The notes under the pieces: model-generated
What the model was told of the DNA's origin: nothing
Seen by the model: only the letters and a program-made list of their open reading frames with translations
Database searches by the model: none
Assembly (NCBI GenBank): GCA_051313645.2
Contig: JBNRSN020000001.1
Location: 347,448,001 to 347,512,000 of the forward strand
Origin: Centroscyllium fabricii
Taxonomy: Eukaryota
DNA length: 64,000 nucleotides
Reading direction: 5' to 3'
Made by a program: the position numbers and the translations under genes
Shown: positions 1 through 11,889 of the stretch, in pieces
How positions within the stretch are numbered: the first letter of the stretch is position 1
How the letters are laid out: each line of letters begins with the position of its first letter

Positions 1-34
1 CCTTAAAAACGCGGCCCAGGCCTTCCAGCGCCTC

Positions 35-2200
35 ATGGACTCAGTCCTACGGGACTTGACGTTCATTTTCGTCTACCTGGACGACATCCTTGTGGCCAGC
101 ACCTCCCCCCAGGAACACCTCCTGCACCTCAGGACCCAGTTCCAGTGCCTGGTCGAACACGGCCTAATATTAAGCCCCACTAAGTGTAAATTCGGCCTCC
201 AAACCATTGACTTCCTCGGCCACCGCATTTCCCAAACCAGGGCCATACCCCTGCCCTCCAAGGTGCAGGCGGTCCAGGAATTTCCCCGCCCGCACTCCAT
301 TAAGGGGCTGCAGGAATTTCTGGGGATGGTCAATTTTTACAACCGCTTTATCCCGGGAGCAGCCGCTCTCATGGCCCCCTTATACCAGGCCACACGCGGG
401 CAACCCGGCAAAACTGCGGTAGAGTGGACGGCCGACGCCGACACCGCCTTCACCGCAACCAAAACCGCCCTGGCTAACGCCACCCTCCTAGCCCACCCTA
501 GGCCCAACGCCAGAGTAGCCCTCACCACTGACGCCTCCGACCACGCTGTCGGGGCCGTATTTGAGCAGTGGACCGGCAACTCGTGGCAGCCCCTGGCCTT
601 TTTCAGCCGGCAGCTCCGGCCCCCAGAGGTCAAGTACAGCGCCTTCGATAGGGAGCTCCTCGCTCTCCATCTTGCAGTGCGACATTTTTGCTTCCTCCTG
701 GAGGGCCGCCACTTCACAGCCTTCGTCGACCATAAGCCACTCACGTTTGCGATGGCTAAGGTCGCCGAACCCTGGTCGGCCAGGCAGCAGCGCCAGCTCG
801 CGGCCGTGTCGGAGTTTACGACCGACATTCAACACATTTCCGGCCGCGACAACGTGGTCGCTGACTGCCTCTCACGCCCCACTATTAACTCCGCCCAAAT
901 GGCAGTTGATTATGCCCAGCTGGCAGCAGACCAGCTAGCCGACCCTGACCTGCTCAACCCCGCAGCAAACCTCCCCGGCCTCCACTTGGCCAAAATCGCG
1001 CACGGCCCCGCTGCCACCGTCGTCTGCTGCGACGTGTCCCTGCCGCAGCCCAGGCCCGTTGTCCCCCACGCATGGAGGTGACACATTTTCAAGACCCTCC
1101 ATGACCTGTCCCACCCCGGCACCCGCGCGTCGATTAAACTAATCTCGGCCCGGTTCGTATGGCGCGGCCTGCGCAAAGACGTCCGCGCCTGGGCCAACTC
1201 CTGCATTGCCTGCCAGCGCTCCAAAGTGCATAAGCACATCAGGGCACTGCTGGAAACGTTTACAGTGCCGGCCAGACGCTTTGACCACGTCCATATCGAT
1301 CTCGTCGGGCCACTACCGCCATCCCGGGGCCACACGCATGTAATGACCATGGTCGACCACAACACTCGCTGGCCAGAAGCAGTCCCCCTCGCTGCCACCG
1401 GCACCACAGACTTGGCCAGGGCGTTCATCGCCACCTGGGTCGCCCGCTTCGGCGTGCCCACCGACATCACCTCCGACAGAGGACCCCAGTTTACGTCAGC
1501 ACTATGGGCGGCCATCGCCCGCGACCTCGGGGTAACCTTGCATCGAACCACCGCATACCACCCACAAGCTAACGGGCTCTGCGAACGGTTCCACCGCTCT
1601 ATGAAAGCATCACTGAGAGCCACCCTCAAAGATGCGTCATGGACCGACCGTCTCCCATGGGTCCTCCTCGGGCTGCGCTCGGCAGTCAAAGAGGACCTAA
1701 ACGCCTTGGCAGCAGAACTCGTCTACGGCCAAGCCCTAACAGTGCCGGGCGAATTCCTAGCCGAGCCAAACGCTCCCTGGTCAGCCGACCAGTACCTAAA
1801 GGACTTTGCCAACCCGGCACAAGCTTTCCAACCACTACCAGTGGCCCGGCACGGAGAGCCGGCAGCACGAGTACCGGACGGCATTAAAAATTCGAAATTT
1901 GTGTTCGTCCGGCGCGACGGACACCGATCACCACTACAGCCACCATACGATGGCCCTTATAGAGTGCTTCGGGTGGGAGCTAAAGCTTTCCAGCTTCAAA
2001 TGGGCAACAGAACAGAAACTGTTTCAATAGACCGGCTCAAACCGGCACACGTTATAGCGGGCGAGACGACAGTCCCCGCACAACCACCGCAACGCGGACG
2101 CCCTCCCACAACAACACCCGCCCACACTCCACCGCAGAACCAGGAACAACGCACAACACGGGCCGGCCGCATCATCCGGCCACCCCAATGGCTCACATAG
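35..2200 (+). pseudogene. pol: Gypsy pol polyprotein (5'-truncated by window edge) with a single in-frame stop at 1079-1081
   Basis: ORFs 35..1081 and 1226..2200 share a frame. The sequence between them reads W-R-*-H-I-F-K-T-L-H-D-L-S-H-P-G...C-I-A-C, which is the integrase zinc finger. Confidence 0.9.
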
Positions 2201-2241
2201 ACTCCTTCTTATTCTCCCGGACAGATTCTGGGGGGGAGCTG

Positions 2242-2487
2242 TGTGGCGGCACGCCCACTAGGACACCGAATCTGCCACGGGAACACTGCGGGGCATGGCC
2301 CCGCTTATCCGGGTGACGCGATGACGTCACCACGACTTCCGGCATGAAGACCTCACCAACGGCGGGCAGTTTAAATAAGCCTGCTTCGAGTGGTTCACTC
2401 TCTTCCTGTGTTACTGTAATGCATTAAACAAGTGCTTTCTCTAGCTCTCTGGCTCACGCGTGGTTTCTAGGCCTTGCTGGCGCTACA
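2242..2487 (+). repeat. 3' LTR of the Gypsy element (~246 bp)
   Basis: Begins TGTGGCG just after the PPT and ends CGCTACA (TG..CA with an imperfect terminal inverted repeat). Internal TTTAAATAA and ATTAAA. The 5' LTR is outside the window, so the boundary is unconfirmed. Confidence 0.75.
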
Positions 2488-2503
2488 CTAGTAAGTATAT
2501 AAT

Positions 2504-3342
2504 GGGCCAGAATTTCGGGTTTGCCGGTTGGTGGGGAACTATGACCATGGGGATCCCTAACGAACCGCACCAACATCGCACTTTTTTTACTCCCAGCATT
2601 TCGGCTCGGCTACGCCCCCTTCCTGCGCAACGTGGCAGTCCAGCCACGCTAGGAGCGCAGTGTATGCCCCACCCACAGATCCCCAATTTAAATTTAAAAA
2701 CGCCCACAGATCCCCAATTTAAATTAAAAAACACCCACAGACCCCGAGTCGGACCTTTGAGAGAGCAGGGACGTGAGGCGCTGCACTCACAGACTCGGCA
2801 GTGAGCAGCGCGGCCAGACCAGCTTTTGACTGAAGGTAAGTCAGCGATTTTTTTCTCTTCTTTTTTTAACTTCACTAAATTCGTTAAAAATTTCAGAACT
2901 CTAAATTTAAAAATTAGCGATTTGGAATAGGTATAGCAATTCAAAATCGGATTTGTAAAAAAATTTTTTTAACTTTAACATCCAAATTTATTGATACCGA
3001 ACTGGCCACATTACTCCCCAAAACTGTTAAAACTTAAAATTAAAGGTCAAAAAATAACTTACCTTGTTTAAAAATGCATTTTACTCCGTCACGCACGAGT
3101 TACAACTGGTTTTCTCCCGTGCAGCTTGTGGGCCCGTTGCCCACAGAATCACTGACCAAAAATCACCCTATTGGAGCCCAAATTCTGGGTGCAACTCACT
3201 CCTGCGTTTGATGCTGAGGGCCCTTCTCCCTCAGCATCGGAAATCTCGGATCCGTGGGCATCTCCCGTGCATTCATCGCACGGGGCATTTTGGACCCGTT
3301 CGTGCATGGGCATCTGGTTTGAGGCACCCGAAATTCTGGCCG
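2504..3342. mobile_element. Non-autonomous DNA transposon (MITE), PIF/Harbinger-like, family M1
   Basis: TIR GGCCAGAATTTCGGGT (2505-2520) / ACCCGAAATTCTGGCC (3326-3341), flanked by AAT on both sides. The interior is homologous (inverted) to 52830-53668. Confidence 0.8.
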
Positions 3343-4339
3343 AATTAATAAAAATACCATGTGGGTATGAGCAAATTTGTGGAGTGCAGGTAGGGGTGTA
3401 AAGGTGTAGAGATGTAAGGGTTCTGGGTGGAGTGAAGGTGCGGCGGTGATAGTAGGTGTATTGGTGAAGACTGTGGCCTTTCCATGACCTTCCATTTACT
3501 TACCACCACCTAACAGCCCTGTCCCTCCATGTCGCTTGGGTGTTATTTACATCTGACCTCCTGCATGCCAGAATGTCAGGAAGTGGCAGGCAAGATCGAA
3601 ACACTCCTAAACGAATATTTAAATGAAGCCTCTGCCTGCTTGTGGTGAGCATTTCCACCATTGCAAATTCAACCAGTTTGCATTGAGCCTCTGAAACCAA
3701 GATGCAAACAACTATTGCACAGTCTGACAATTCATAAATATCTTACTGCAAGTATATACCTATGATACGATTAGTAAAGTTAAACAGTTAAATAACCTGC
3801 ATTGGAGTGAATGAGATCCCTTCTAATTCCACACCTGTTCCCATATGTGGCAGACTCTGGGGTCCATCTTGCTTTAGATCAGAAGAATCTCTATATCATA
3901 CATTACATTTTACTACTTGTTGACGTGTTTTTGTCACACTTTTGTGTCACTTTCCGTTCTAAATTCCTATTTTCATATTTATAATGGAAAGTGCCTATGT
4001 AAACTAGTCATGCTGTACTTGTGCCCTTCCACCAGTTGTGGCACTGTAGCATCTCAGTTTTGCATCTTTTAGCTCCACCTCCTCCTTGGAGCTGCTCCAG
4101 CTCTGCTGCCGTAACTTTGCTGAAAGTGTAGCAGACAGCCCATTTCCGAGTGTAAGTGGGGTTTATGCCCCACTTCCAGCATATTTAAAGTGGCGGAGCG
4201 GGAGCAAGTCCAAGGAAATTCTCTGCCCTGTGCTCTAATCACAACTTTACCTGCTTGCTTCTCAAATTGCTCTAAGTTTACCTATTTAGCCATAAATAAT
4301 ATAAAATCAAAATATTGTATAAAAATAAGGACAATGTAT

Positions 4340-5100
4340 GGCCAGGATCCTCAGTGGGCCACGGAAGCGTGATTGGAGGCGTGCGGGGGAGTGAAAATTG
4401 TGAAAACTGGTGGTCGGAGTGTGAGGGCTGCATAGTCAAATAGTTATGTGTATGTGACCATAGAGAGAAAGGGAATGGGTAAGGGTGCATGGATGTCAGT
4501 GTCAAGTGGGATGTGGAGGAAGAGATTGCTGAAGCTGAGTGCTGGTGAGGAAAGGCAATGGGGATCCGATTGAGGGTGATGGGAAAATCATCCTCACTTT
4601 TCCAGTGTGGAGAAGGTCATGAAATCTCTTCCTGCACTGTATCCAAGTTCTGCGGGTGACTCCCAAGGAGTTGCCCTCCTCAGCCACCTGCATCCACACT
4701 GCCTTGGTCTGCTTGGGAGGCCTCTTCCTCCCTGTAGAAGGGAAGAGCACCTCCCTGTTGGCTGTAGCCTCATCTACTAATGCCTGCAAGGCCACCTCAT
4801 CAAAACGAGGAGCTGATCTGGGTCTCCCGCTAGTCATCTTTCCTGCAGGTCTCTCACACTCCACAGGCAAAAAGCTTGGCAGTCTGCAGAAGAAGCAAGG
4901 CTTGGTGTAGACCTTAAATACAACAGCAATGATGATGTCATCGGAGGTGACTTTCAGTCATGAAAAACCCATTTGCCAAGGGTTCCCACACGTTGGAAAT
5001 CAATTGGACAATTAAGTTAAAATTGCACCAATCTCCCACATGCATTTAGATTCAGGTGGATAGCACGACACCATCCCGCACCTGAGTTAAAATCCAGCCC
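4340..5100 (-). mobile_element. Degenerate Harbinger-derived element carrying a Myb/SANT-like DNA-binding exon
   Basis: Ends GGCCAGGAT... / ...AAAATCCAGCCC with TAT on both flanks. The TIR match is weak. Contains a Myb-like coding remnant. Confidence 0.5.
4597..4837 (-). pseudogene. Myb/SANT-like (NAIF1/MSANTD-type, Harbinger ORF2) DNA-binding domain exon
   Basis: Reads MTSGRPRSAPRFDEVALQALVDEATANREVLF...KAVWMQVAEE...RRTWIQCRKRFHDL, the spaced F/W/W trihelix pattern, followed by a GTGAGG donor on the minus strand. Confidence 0.7.
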
Positions 5101-5469
5101 TATGACTTTAAAATCAGGACTGAATTACTCTGTATGCCCTGCTCCAATTATCTCTGACTCTTTAACCCTGCTTCACGTGATGACTCCCATGTGCAACACC
5201 ACCAAACATTTACTAGTTAGATATATATTTTTATGTGGCTATTGATAGCACAGCTTGTGGTTTATCACTTTTTGTGCTTTCTCTAACTTCTAGCATAGCT
5301 GCCTCACTCTAGGGAAGATATGAAATAGAGCTAACTCGGCATTTTCTGTTGTTATTTGAGCAAACTATATTACCCACTTCAAAGGGAGTATTCGGACCTC
5401 TTTATGTAAATTGATTAACAAGGAGACAAAAAGTTAACCAGTGGTAGAAATAATGAAATGTAAAACATT

Positions 5470-6010
5470 TTTGTGGTGCCGTTAATGTTGAAAAACGTCC
5501 CAAGGTGCTTCACAGAAGCGTAATTAGACAAAGGTGGCTATCAAACCAAAGAAGATGATATCAGGAAGGATGACATAGCTTGATCAAAGAGGGTCTTAAA
5601 GGAGGAGACAGTAGGTGGAGAGGCAGAGAAGTTTAAGGAGCAAATTCCAAGGTGTACAACCCAGATAGTTGAAAGCCGAGTACCAGATGATGGGCGAAGG
5701 GAGCGGGGATTCAAAAAAGTTGGCGGAATGCAGAGATCTCGGAGGGTTGTAAGGCCAGAGGAGGTTACAGAGATAGGCAGGGGCAAGGCCATAAAGCGAT
5801 TTAAACAGGATAATGAACATTTTAAATGTGAGGCATTGGGGACCAGAAGTCAATGTGGAGCAGCGGGTTCTGGGTGAGCGGAACAGGAAATGGACAGCAG
5901 AGTTTTAAATGAGCTGAATTTTATGGCGGGTGGGGAATGGGAGGCTAGCCAGGAGAGCATTGAAATAGTCAATTCTAGAGGTGACAAAGCAACAGTTTAA
6001 CTGAGGCAGG
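5470..6010 (-). mobile_element. L2 LINE 3' fragment (degenerate)
   Basis: Minus-strand translation FKSLYGLAPAYLCNLLWPYNPPRSLHS resembles the L2 ORF2 C-terminus. Similar to 6945-7258 and 27335-27549. Confidence 0.65.
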
Positions 6011-6254
6011 CGACGTGTTCTAATGAGTGTTTCCAGGGTTTTCTGCATTACTTTTTCAGTGTTTCACAGTAGATTAGGTGGGTTTTAAACCAGATTAATT
6101 TCACAGTGGGATTTGAACTCGCAGCATCTGTGTTGCTAGTCCACCATAACCACTACACTTCCATGCCTCCTCATCTCACCTCCTGGCTCTTTTGTCAATC
6201 ACCTTAAGTCTGTGTCCTCTGGTTACTGACCCTTCTGCCAGTTATTTATCATTT

Positions 6255-6535
6255 TCACAGCGCTGGAGACCCGGGTTCAAATCCAGCCTCGGGTGACTAT
6301 CTGTGTGGAGTTTGCACATTCTCCCCGTGTCTGCGTGGGTTTCCTCCGGGTGCTCCGGTTTCCTCCCACAGTCCAAAGATGTGCGGGTTAGGTTGATTGG
6401 CCAGGATAAATTGACCCTTAGTGTTAGGGGGATTGAATATGTGGGGTTACGGAGATAGGGTGGGATGTGTGTCGGTGCAGGCTCGATGGGCCGAAATGGT
6501 TTCTATCTGCACTGTAGGGATTCTATGATTCTATG
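6255..6535 (+). mobile_element. V-SINE (HE1-like), 5'-truncated, tail type i
   Basis: V-domain TGTGTGGAGTTTGCACATTCTCCCCGTGTCTGCGTGGGTTTCCTCCGGGTGCTCCGGTTTCCTCCCACAGTCCAAAGATGTGC, with a CTATGATT-type tail. Confidence 0.85.
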
Positions 6536-6944
6536 GAAACAGTTTCTTCTTATTTACTGCATCAAAACGCTTCAGGATTTTGAACACCTCTATTCAATCT
6601 AAGGAGAACAACCCCAGCTTCTCTAGTCTCTCCACGTAAGTCCCTCATCCCTGGTACCATTCCAGCAAATCTCCTCTGCACCCTCTCCAAGGCCTTGGCA
6701 TCTTTCCTAAAGCGCGGTGCCCAGAATTGAACACAATACTCCAGCTGAGGCCTAACCAGTGATTTATAAAGGATTGGCATAACTTCCTTGCTTTGTTGTC
6801 TACGCTTCAATTTATAAAGCCAAGGGACCTGTATGCTTTTCTAACTTGTCCTGCCACCTTCAAATATTTCTGTGGGTAAACCCCCCAGGTCTTTCTGATC
6901 CTGCACCCCCTTTAAAATTGTACCATTTAGTTTATATTGCCTCG

Positions 6945-7258
6945 ACAACAACAACTTGCATTTATATAACACCTTTAACTAGTTAAATCGCCCCAAAGTG
7001 CTTCACAGGAGCATTATCAAGCAGAAATTGACACTGAGCCACATAATGAGATATTAGGAATGATGACCAGAAGCTTGGCCAAAGAGGTAGGTTAAAAGAG
7101 CATCTTAAAGGAGGAGAGAGAGGCAGGGATGTTTAGGGAGGGAATTCCAGAGTTTAGGGCCTGTGCATCTGAAGGCCCAGCCACCAATAGTCGAGTGAAG
7201 AAAATTGGGGATGCACAAAGACCAGAATTAGAGGAGCTCAGAGATCTCAGAGGATTAT
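6945..7258 (-). mobile_element. L2 LINE 3' end
   Basis: (ACA)n tail followed by sequence matching the reverse complement of 27335-27549. Confidence 0.65.
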
Positions 7259-7660
7259 GGGCGGCACAGTGGCACGGTGGTTAGCACTGTTACCTCACAG
7301 CACTGGAGACCCGGGTTCAAATCCAGCCTCGGGTACTATCTGTGTGGAGTTTGCACATTCTCCCCGTGTCTGCGTGGGTTTCCTCCGGGTGCTCCGGTTT
7401 CCTCCCACAGTCCAAAGATGTGCGGGTTAGGTTGATTGGCCAGGATAAATTGACCCTTAGTGTTAGGGGGATTGAATGTGTGGGGTTATGGGGATAGGGT
7501 GGGATATGTGTCGGTGCAGGCTCGATAGGGATCGAGAGATATGGGGAGAGGGCAGGGGCGGGGTGCTGGGTTTGGATGATCAGCCATGATCTCATTGAAT
7601 GGCGGAGCAGGCTCGAAGGGCCGAATGGCTTACTCCTGCTCCTATCTTCTATGTTTCTAT
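7259..7660 (+). mobile_element. Full-length tRNA-derived V-SINE, tail type ii (CR1 3' end)
   Basis: tRNA-like head with A box (TGGCACGGTGG) and B box (GGTTCAAATCC), V-domain, and tail GATCAGCCATGATCTCATTGAATGGCGGAGCAGGCTCGAAGGGCCGAATGG. Confidence 0.9.
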
Positions 7661-8096
7661 TATAACCTTCTCTGCATTAAATTTCATCTGCTACTTTTCT
7701 GCCCATTTCAGCAGTTTGTCTCTGTCCTCCTGACGTCTGTTACTATCCTCCTAACTGTTTACTACATTTCTGAGTTTCGTGTCACTGCAAACTTTGAAAT
7801 TATGCCCTGTATACCCAAGTCCAGGCCATTATTATATATCACAAAGAGTAGCGGTCCTAATACTAACCCCTGGGGGACACCACTGTATACTTCTCTCCAG
7901 TCTGAAAAACAACTGTCCTTTAGCCAATTGTGTATCCATGCTGTAATTGCCACTTTAATCCCATTTAATCAATTTTGTTAACAAGTCTATCATGTGGTAC
8001 TTTATCAAATGCCTTTTGAAAGTTCATATACACAGCATCAACTGTACAACCTTCATCAACCCTGTCCATTACTTCATCAGGTTCATAGTTCATATT

Positions 8097-8863
8097 GGCC
8101 CAGTATTTCCAATGCTCGCACCTGGATTTGGAGCCGGGTTTAAGCGCACCCGAGCTCCAAATTGCATGAAACAGACGTTTCCAGCTGCTCCATGCATTTC
8201 CGAAGGTGGCCAGCGGGGGGGGGGGGGGCGGGGGAGGGGTGTAAAGCTGCTGCGAGGACAATCGCACTCGCCTGCGCACCAAGGGGGTGCGCAGTAATTA
8301 TCCATTTTTTTCCCCAGAGTTTTTCATCGGGGTAAGTATTGAAGATTTTACGCTTGAAAATACCAGTTTTTAGCAGGTTAGTCTTTATTTTATACAATTT
8401 AAGTATTGTTCTTACAGGTTTTTAATTTTTTAAACTTTAAAGACAGGTAAGTGTTCTTTTAGGCCAGTTAAAGACTGTAAATTCTACATTTTTATTTTTT
8501 CTTTAAAATAGGTAATTTATGTTAGTTGGAGTATTGTTAAAAAAAAGTGGTGTTTTTAAATTTTATTTTTTGAGTTTAGATGTGTTTTGGAAGATCTCTC
8601 TTTTCAAAAGTTACACAGATTTCTCCGTTTAAGTTTTGAATGGAGGATTGCTTCCATTGATTGGCTCCCTGCCGATCACGTGGTCTCGTGCAAGATTTTG
8701 AATTAATTACGCCCTTCAGTTGCAGCAGCAGCTTGCATAGAGCTTTCACCAGCTGTACAACTCGGGAGTTCACAGCGTAAAATTTCAAAACGGCAAAAGT
8801 GCAGGTTAAGTGCAAATAGGAGCCCTACACTCGCACGAAGGCTCCAAGGCTAATTTCTGGGCC
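8097..8863. mobile_element. MITE family M2, copy 1
   Basis: Ends GGCCCAGTATT / AATTTCTGGGCC with ATT on both flanks. Alignable end to end with 18266-19022. Confidence 0.8.
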
Positions 8864-10686
8864 ATTGTGAATCCTATGGTCTTTAAGCATGTCATATGCT
8901 GCCAATTTTGGATAAGTCAAGAGTTATGGGGGAATAATCCCTTTTGGTTGTAGTCTACATACCGATGGTAAAAGTGTTTGTTGTTCACCCGCTATTCCAG
9001 ATTACTTCACACATAAAGTCATGTTTTGGTTCGGGGGAGTAAGGGTTTGCTTGTGGATGCAAGCTTTTGCATTGAATATGAGAAAAACGTATCTGGAGTA
9101 AGCCCAAATCGTAACACTATATTTGACAGAAAACGTGTTCCTATGGGAAGCAAAATACCAAACATTATTCTGCTGTTGTCCATGCCTGATTTTCAGAATG
9201 ACTGCTGGCTGTATGATAGAAATTGTGAGTGGCTGTGATATACGGTATACTTCATCAACCTATTAAAGAAAAATTGCACTCAAGAGATTTAAAATAAAGA
9301 AAGAGAACAAAGCAGAGTTTAATCATTCATTTCTACAAGGTAATGCAAATTATCTGTTGGCGCCGGGGTGCTTTTTGACACTGAAATATTGCATTTTTCA
9401 GCACCTGATAGGTTGCAGTAGTTACAAATTTTGCTTTGCTTCTCCAAGTACACATTCTTCCCTGCAGAACTGCTAGCTTCTTCCATTAATTTCACCCATT
9501 GCTTGTGAAAGCCTGTCAGCAGCAGCACCCTAAACACAATTAAATCTCCCAATTTTTCTGACTGACTCTGCGAAAATGCATTAGTTATCCAGGCTAAAAA
9601 CTCATAAAGTGCTCGTTGAGATATTGGTGGCTATTTTATGAGCTTCCAGCATAGCTGATCTACATACTTAGTCAGATTCTTATTTCACAGTGAGTTGGAT
9701 TTCATTGAGGCCCCGGTATTGACTTTGTGGATGAAGCAGGCATTATCTGGTGATTCAGGTTGATTTATGATTACCACGCGTTACTTTTATTCATTTATTT
9801 TATATCCAGCTTACTTTTTCTTTTATACCATATATTTTTTTCTAGTATTTGATGGTTTTCCTGAATATTACTGTGATGTGTCTCTCTCTGTGTATATAAC
9901 CCATCTCGGCTATTGCCTTCATTAATGTAACCAAACACGCACTAAGGTAAAGTATCTACTAGTAGAAATGCATCGCAAGGTAAAACAAAGAAAATGATCA
10001 TTCTGTGGTGTTGGGCATAAGGTCTAAAGCATGTTTAGCATGGCACTATTCTAACCAGAGAGGAGGGAGTGCTGTGCCATGGGGTACATAATTTTACAAT
10101 TAAACCGCTGGACCTCAAGAGAAGTAAACAGCTTACCGTTTAACAGCATGGGGGAAGCAGCTAACTGTGATGACAACACTTAAGAGAATTATTTTTTCCT
10201 GGAGCTAATTTCCAATCAGAAAGCTGTAAATGGAAGAAACATTGGTTTACCCAATTAGCCCTGTTCCTGGGACTAGGGACAGGGTCACTGGCAAGGCTTG
10301 GAAGCTAAGCCAGAGCCAGGCCAGGTTAGTACTTGGATGGGGGAATACCAGGTGCAGAAGGTCACGAAAGGAGCCCCGGGGAGGGGCAGTTGGCTGAAGA
10401 TTGTCGGAATGATGGAAAGATGGAATGGCAGCGCACACAGACGCAGCGGCTTTGCTGGACTCTTGGGAGCTTGCAAGATCACATATCGTTGTTCATGTAC
10501 TTGTACATATTGTCATTATACAAAGAATTAGAAAACTGCCATGTGTCTTTAAAGGAAAAATACTTTTGAAATGATTGACAGCACGACTAACTATTCAAAA
10601 TGGATGCCACAAGGTCCGATTTGAACGTGCTCGCTACCTGTCCAGTACTGTATTAGACTGGGGGAGGGCAAAGAAGCCTTATCTGT

Positions 10687-11152
10687 ATGTGAAAGGGTTG
10701 TCTTATGAGGAAAGGTTGAGCAGGTTGGGCCTATACACATTGGAGTTTAGAAGAATGAGAGGTGATCTTATTGAAACAAATAAGATTCTGAGGGGGCACA
10801 ACAGGGTAGCTGCTGAGAGGATGTTTCCCCTCATGAGGAATCTAGAACTAGGGGGCACAGTTTCAGGATTAGGGGTTGCCCATTTAAGACGGAGATGAGG
10901 AGGAATTTCTTCTCTCAGAGGGTCGTGAATCTTTGGAATTCTCTACCTCAGAGAGCTGTGTAGGTTGAGTCAGTGAATATATTCAAGGCGGAGATAGACA
11001 GATATTTGAGCTACAGGGGAGTCAAGGGTTATGGTGAATTGACAGGAAAGTGGAGTCGAGGCCAAGATCAGGTCAGCCATGATTTTATTAAATGGCGGAG
11101 CAGGCTCAAGGGGCCAAAAGGCCTACTCCTGCTCCTATTTCTTATGTTCTTA
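10687..11152 (+). mobile_element. CR1 LINE 3' end
   Basis: GLSYEERLSRLGLYTLEFRRMRGDLIET...; 3' UTR ends CTCCTATTTCTTATGTTCTTA. Confidence 0.85.
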
Positions 11153-11667
11153 TTGTGGGAATTACAATTTTATGTTCTGGAATTGCAATCTATCAGCGTG
11201 CACACTGACAGTGCTGCATGCTGGGAGTTGCAGTCCACCTGTGTCACATCCACAAAGTGGCATTGGTGAATTAGAGGAATCTGTTACTTTGTTGAGCTTT
11301 TCGATCAGTGACGCCTATGAAATGTAGTTAAAAGCACCAAGCTTCAGAGATCGCAGCACACCTGGGCAGGGCAATTGTACAGGAAACATTTCTAATGTGC
11401 CTCGACTGATTTGTGGGTAGGTTCAGTGTGGGTTTTCTTTTTCAGAATCATTTTTTATTGGTTTGTTATAAATTTTATTTATATAACTATATATTCAGCT
11501 AGATCAGAAATAAAAGTGGCAACTGAAACTATTTTCTAAAAATTAAACGACACGATGTGATGTGATTGGGTGAAATTGTAAACGTTCACATGTTTGTTTT
11601 CTGTGGAAGCTGTGATGTTCTATACTTCAGGGAAATTGATCTCGATACTAAAGTCTCACATTAATTA

Positions 11668-11889
11668 CGATAGCAAAATACTGCGGATGCTGGAAATCTG
11701 AAAGAATAACAGAAAACACTGGAGAAACTCAGCAGGCCAGGCAGCATCGATGGAGAGAGGAGCAGAGTTGACGTTTCAGGTCGATGACCTTTTTGAAAAA
11801 TTGTCATCGACCTGAAATGTCAACTCTGCTCCTCTCTCCACCAATGCTGCCTGGCCTGCTGAGTTTCTCCAGCGTTTTCTGTTGTTATT
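11668..11889. mobile_element. Penelope-derived palindromic insertion (family B)
   Basis: Inverted arms centred near 11795, with TSD TCTCACATTAATTA (11654-11667 / 11890-11903). Same sequence as the 3' end of the Penelope fragment at 61049-61640. Confidence 0.8.

Larger units (their letters stand above)
1..2487 (+). mobile_element. Ty3/Gypsy LTR retrotransposon, 3' part (pol RT-RNaseH-integrase, PPT, 3' LTR)
   Basis: Pol motifs in Gypsy order: YLDDILV (RT), TDASD/YSAFDRELLA/DHKPL/NVVADCLSR (RNaseH), HHCC zinc finger, HIDLVGP/SDRGPQF/NGLCERFHR (integrase DDE) and PPYDGPY (GPY/F). A G-rich PPT at about 2230-2238 precedes the LTR. Confidence 0.95.
6170..8075 (-). mobile_element. CR1 LINE fragments interrupted by two SINEs and an L2 tail
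   Basis: [19 protein letters not shown]...LERVQRRF (6562-6810), SGVPQGLVLGPLLFVIY (7762-7953) and VDAVYMNFQKAFDKVPHDRL (about 7970-8060). Confidence 0.85.

Noticed and set aside
73-2196. Alternative-frame and antisense ORFs within Gypsy pol
   Set aside because: Shadow ORFs of a GC-rich coding sequence.
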